In this document: one piece after another, positions 59,263 to 64,000 of the stretch
Layout of the letters: every line of letters begins with the position of its first letter
Numbering within the stretch: position 1 is the stretch's first letter
Program-made: the position numbers and the translations under genes
Notes under the pieces: model-generated
Database searches by the model: none
What the model saw: only the letters and a program-made list of their open reading frames with translations
What the model was told of the DNA's origin: nothing
NCBI RefSeq assembly: GCF_009914755.1
Contig: NC_060928.1
From: the human T2T-CHM13v2.0 reference genome, Homo sapiens
Strand: one strand, 5' to 3'
DNA length: 64,000 nucleotides

Positions 59263-59592
59263 TGGCAGCAACTTGGATGGAGCTGGAGACCATTATTCTA
59301 AGTGAAGTAACACAGGAGTGGAAAACCAAAGACTGTATGTGCTCACTTATAAGTGGGAGCTAAGCTATGAGTATGCAAAGGCATACAGAGTGATACAGTG
59401 GACTTTAGAGACTCAGAAGGGGAAGAGTGGGAGGGGCCCTGGGAATAAAAAAAACCAGTACACATTAGGTACAATGTATACTACTCGGGTGATGGGTGTA
59501 CTACAATCTCAGAATTCACCACTAAATAATTCATCTATGTAACAAAAAACAACTTGTGCCTTAAAAGCTATTGAAATAAAAAATAATAAAAA
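59263..59592 (+). mobile_element. L1PB 3' end
   Basis: gcagcaacttggatggagctggagaccattattctaagtgaagtaac...gctaagctatgag...aagctattgaaataaa. Confidence 0.92.
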
Positions 59593-59840
59593 CCATGCAA
59601 GTTCTTTTGGCCTCCTCTCCCCTAGTTCACATCCTTGCCTTTTACACAAGGAGAGGCCGCATTGCTTAGGTGTTTGCGTGCTATTTTTAATGTATGTATT
59701 GTCTCCTGATACGTAGGAAGCAATACTCTCAATAGAATCTTCCTGATGTCCTAAGGATTCTAATTTTTTAGTACCAAGCTTATTTTAATCACACTTCACA
59801 AATCACAATGAACAACAAAAGACACAAATTTTGTCAGTCC

Positions 59841-60452
59841 CACTAGTTTATGCTCTATAAAGCCTCTTGAACACTAAATTAGCAAATATTGAACCATTGC
59901 TTCTAAGGGAAATACTGGGTTAGGTTTCCACAGCAGCTGGTTGAAACATTTCCATTAATAAATCAATATATAACCTTGTTTTATTCATGTTTTTCTTGAA
60001 ACACACCTTATTTAAAATATGCTGCTGACTGATTAACACTGAACTCATAGCCAGCAGGACTCATGCTTGTCCAACACAAATATTTTTTCTGCAAGACACA
60101 TAGCAGCCTTCTTGTGCTTAGGAAAACTAGACAGCACTTTGGCACTACGATGGGGCCATTTTAAACAGTGAAATCACCAACAAAAAGCACTAAAATGGGA
60201 AAAAACATGCCACTAAATAGACTGCCAAAAACATGCTTGTTCACGGCATGAGATCTGAAATAAGAGGGCAAAGCATTGTCTTGTTTAACCTAAGCTGGGA
60301 ACATGTGCATTGAACATCTCAAAGTTTTTGCCACACTGCACATGTCTGCAAATGACCACACAAGTGCCAAGGGTATTGATTTTGGGGTTACAAACAAATT
60401 TAGTAAGTAGTCAAATTCACAAATAAAGAACTGAGAATAATGAAGACTGATT
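59841..60452. mobile_element. MER82-like Tigger DNA transposon
   Basis: gaacactaaattagcaaatattgaaccattgcttctaagggaaatactgggttagg...gattttggggttacaaa...gaataatgaagactga; family name from memory. Confidence 0.7.
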
Positions 60453-63400
60453 ATTTATAACCCAAATGATTAATATGCTCTATTTGGAACACCTTTCAAG
60501 TAGCAGCTTTGAAATGTAAAAACTATAATTTCTCTCTGACCCCTAAAAACTGTGAATTTTATATATTCCTAACAATGCTTCCTCCAATTTGAGCCTTCTT
60601 CCACTTCTCTGGTCATTGTCTATCTCTTGTAATTGCACAACAGTAAAATCCACCTTTGCTTTCAGCAATACAGGACTCTACTCCACGTTTATATCTATCA
60701 TTTGGTTCTTCAGATTTTCAAATCCAACCACCTCTTTCAAATAAACTCAACTTTCCACCATTTTGCACACTTTTCCTTGACCATGCCATGTCTTTAAGTA
60801 TCATTCATTTTCTTTCTGTTTTATTTGGAAATCTTTGAATACATCATTTACACCTGATGACATAATTTTATTTCCCTATCAGCCCCAATTCTTTAAAAAA
60901 TCTGGCTATTACATAGAACACCCAAGTAAAATTACATGCTTCACTAACACCAGAAACCTTTTTTCTGTCAAGCCTGATGGCTTTGTCTAAGATCTCAGTT
61001 AAACATGAAGCACTTACTGCTATTTTGTTTGATATTTTTGCCCATTCTGTGTATCATGCTTTTGTTTGCTTGGCATTGCTCTATGCTGCTGCTTCTTTCT
61101 CTCTGCTAACACAATCCTTTCTCTACTTACCTATTATCTATAGGTGTTTTTAAAGACTAGGAACATTCAAACACCTGGACCACAACCCATAATAAGAAAT
61201 ACATTTTATATTATGACTCAGTACATGCACATATGCACACACACAAGACAGAAATATGATCATATCAGAAATAAAATTTTATAATTATCTTTATTAATTG
61301 CAAAACACTCTGATATTGCTTTTTATTCTATTCAGTTTCTTTTTTAATATTCATGCTGCTCAGAAAGTGCTTCTTTCTGCACTTAAACGATCCCCCCAAA
61401 ATGCAGCGTAGTGTTTTGTGTTTGACCTAGAGAGAGGTTTTAAAGTTGACAAACTATGACATGAAAACATAAATTTCAGGCATGAAATTTTTATCAGCAT
61501 TAAAATGAGGAAATTAAGAATATGCATTCTTAAAAAGACTGGATACAACCTACTATCTGTATTAACAAAATGCTAAAAAAAATTGGGGAAAATATCAAAG
61601 AACAACTGATCCATGTGACATATTTTGATGAATATTCAAGAAATTTTAAAATTATTGATTTATCTATACATGGGAAGCTGTTATTTCTACTTTAAAATTA
61701 AAAACAATTAAACTAATATAATTCAATGATTCTGGAAAACCACTAAAAGGAAATACTCCATTATAAGCTTTAAGTAGAAATTCATATAGAATAGATTTAT
61801 TTTAAATTATGTAAACACTGGTAATTTCCCAATTTTTAGACTAGAGCTTTCATAACCTTTTCTTGAAAGTTATTTCCACTGAGCGCATAACTGTCGGTTT
61901 AGTTCAAAAGCAAACTCAGAAAACCTGGGCACTTGGGAACCCATTCCTCTCTACTCCAGTGGTGAAGTAAATATTAGAATAGACAAAGAGAGTCTACAGA
62001 GAAAAAACAATAGTAAATCCATTAGAAAGTTGAATCAACAGTTGACCAGGCTTATTCATACTGACATTTTCCAGATTTTGCATACCAAATATTCTGCAAA
62101 GTTCAATTTGCATGACTTTACAAGGAAAGAACTGAGTCCTCCATAACTCTACATCCCTTGATAGCCTTATATTTTAATCACTAATGTAGTAAATTTATAT
62201 TTATTTATGCCTTTAACCTTCCTTGGAGGGTAGATTTTAAGTTAAATATTATCTAAAAAGTAAGAGATAAAAAAATCCATTATTCCATTTTATGTTTTTA
62301 ATAAAATATGGTTAAGATATTTGTATAGTAGCTATATTAACATTGAATCCAGAAAAAAGTTACTGAGTTTCCTACAATAGAAGAAATTATGTTTAATGAA
62401 TAGTATTTATAAATATATGAAACAAAACCCTAATTAACCAAACTCTTGTCAATTTTGCCACTTATTTTTCTTGTTAAATAGATTTTCTATGAATATTAAA
62501 ACTCTCTTTTAATCAGGTCATTTTGGATGAAACTATTTTTAAAATGTCTTATGTATTTCTATAATTTCTTATGAATAGAAATAATATACTTGACTTTATT
62601 TGGATAATTGGAGACCCTGATAAGGAAACCTGATATTCTGTTTTACTAGAGTTAGGATCTCAAGGTTCACAGTTTCTTTGGGCTTTTCATCTGTATAGTG
62701 AATACCTATGGATCACCATTGTTTTTCAGGTTATATATTTGTTGATTATAGGGGTATTTCTTCTCAGCTTCTTCATGGGTTACATTTCATCTATTATTTA
62801 ATCACTTCATTCATTCATGTATAGATATATACATAAAGTAAATCTTTCCTGCATCCTTCATAATTGGTGGACTTTGGTCCCATTTAAATTGTGTATCAAA
62901 GAAAAGTGAATAATCTCTGAGTGAGGGACAAAATGGATGTGTCATGATCAAAGTATAGTATATTCACTTTACAAGAACTCTGGAGCATCCACTATGGTTG
63001 GATAAAGGTCTAAGTTTACTTATTTGATAGTTCCTACCTGTATGGCAGACACTTGAACTACTGTTATAGTTTAAAAATTGTTTTTAATAATTTACCTATA
63101 GATTATTTTTATTCAGAGACTTTTAGTATTTGATAACTTTTTTAAAACTTTAGTATCCCTAGAGATCTTCCTAATCATGTGGTTTGACATGATTATAGTC
63201 AGATAGTCCTTGACAACTTTGATTTTCCTGCTGGATTATACAGTATTCAGATTGCTTTGTCAGGGTGCACTACAGTATGAGTAATTCAAACATACTTTGA
63301 GCATAAGTGTTTTGACAAAATTTGAAAATGTCTGCTTACCCATCTAAATGATGGACCCATCAACATTTCCAGTAATGACACCATGACACCTTAAGTAAGC

Positions 63401-64000
63401 ATTAATGTTAAACTTGATCATCTCTCAAAAACTTGAACACTCACAAAATAATTTTTAAGAGTGTATGTATATGTCATATTCTTCTTTTCATTTCTTTGAC
63501 TTCCTCAGCAATTTTACAGAACATAGTGTTGATTTTATATTTATGAAAATCTTTGACAGCAAGAAACCATTCTTAATACTATGATTATTTTATAGAAAAT
63601 ATGTTCTTCTATTTCTTGCATTGATAAGTACATGCTTAAGTAGAGTAAGAGAGCATCTTGCTCTAAACATTCAGTGTTGTCACAGCTATTTAATAATTCA
63701 ATAAATAGTCATTACACATTTTCTAGGTGCTAAGCATTGACATAAACTGGACAAATGAAATAGATTGTTCATCTCAAGATCTGTATGACTTCAAGGGACA
63801 TGTAAATAAGAACCAGGAGACCTGGATTCCAGTTCTAATGAGCCATGAGACTGGAATGTTCCTTTACTCTTGTTTTGTCAATAAGCCTCTTCAAGTTCAC
63901 TTTCAGTTCACAAATTCTCGAATTTTTCTATAAGCCTATTAGTAACAAACAATCCATTAGAGGTGATCACAAAGTACCAGCACGTGGGAGTAGCTTGACT

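Overview
AT-rich primate (almost certainly human) genomic DNA with no spliced protein-coding exons that I can see. It holds two L1-mediated retrocopies arranged tail to tail. One is a full-length, multiply disabled HSPA5/BiP processed pseudogene (+, 11936-14400) whose 5' end is still CpG-island-like. The other is the ANP32A-derived retrogene ANP32C/pp32r1 (-, 234-codon ORF 20712-21416, 18-bp TSD). From recall, this locus is 4q32.3 inside a large MARCHF1 intron; that placement is not visible in the sequence. The rest is Alu, L1, L2, MIR, LTR and DNA-transposon fossils plus simple repeats. I do not see a wholly new biological system. The best leads are: (1) the HSPA5 retrocopy seems to record a spliced 5'UTR isoform absent from present-day human HSPA5; (2) its CpG island has survived; (3) a stop codon in ANP32C cuts the KRKR NLS; (4) two DNA transposons each contain a copy of nearby flanking DNA; (5) a TSD-bounded L1 joins an inverted 5'UTR-like piece directly to the 3' tail; (6) a palindromic AT-rich block. 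Repeat subfamily names and parent-gene comparisons come from memory of consensus sequences and need alignment to confirm.
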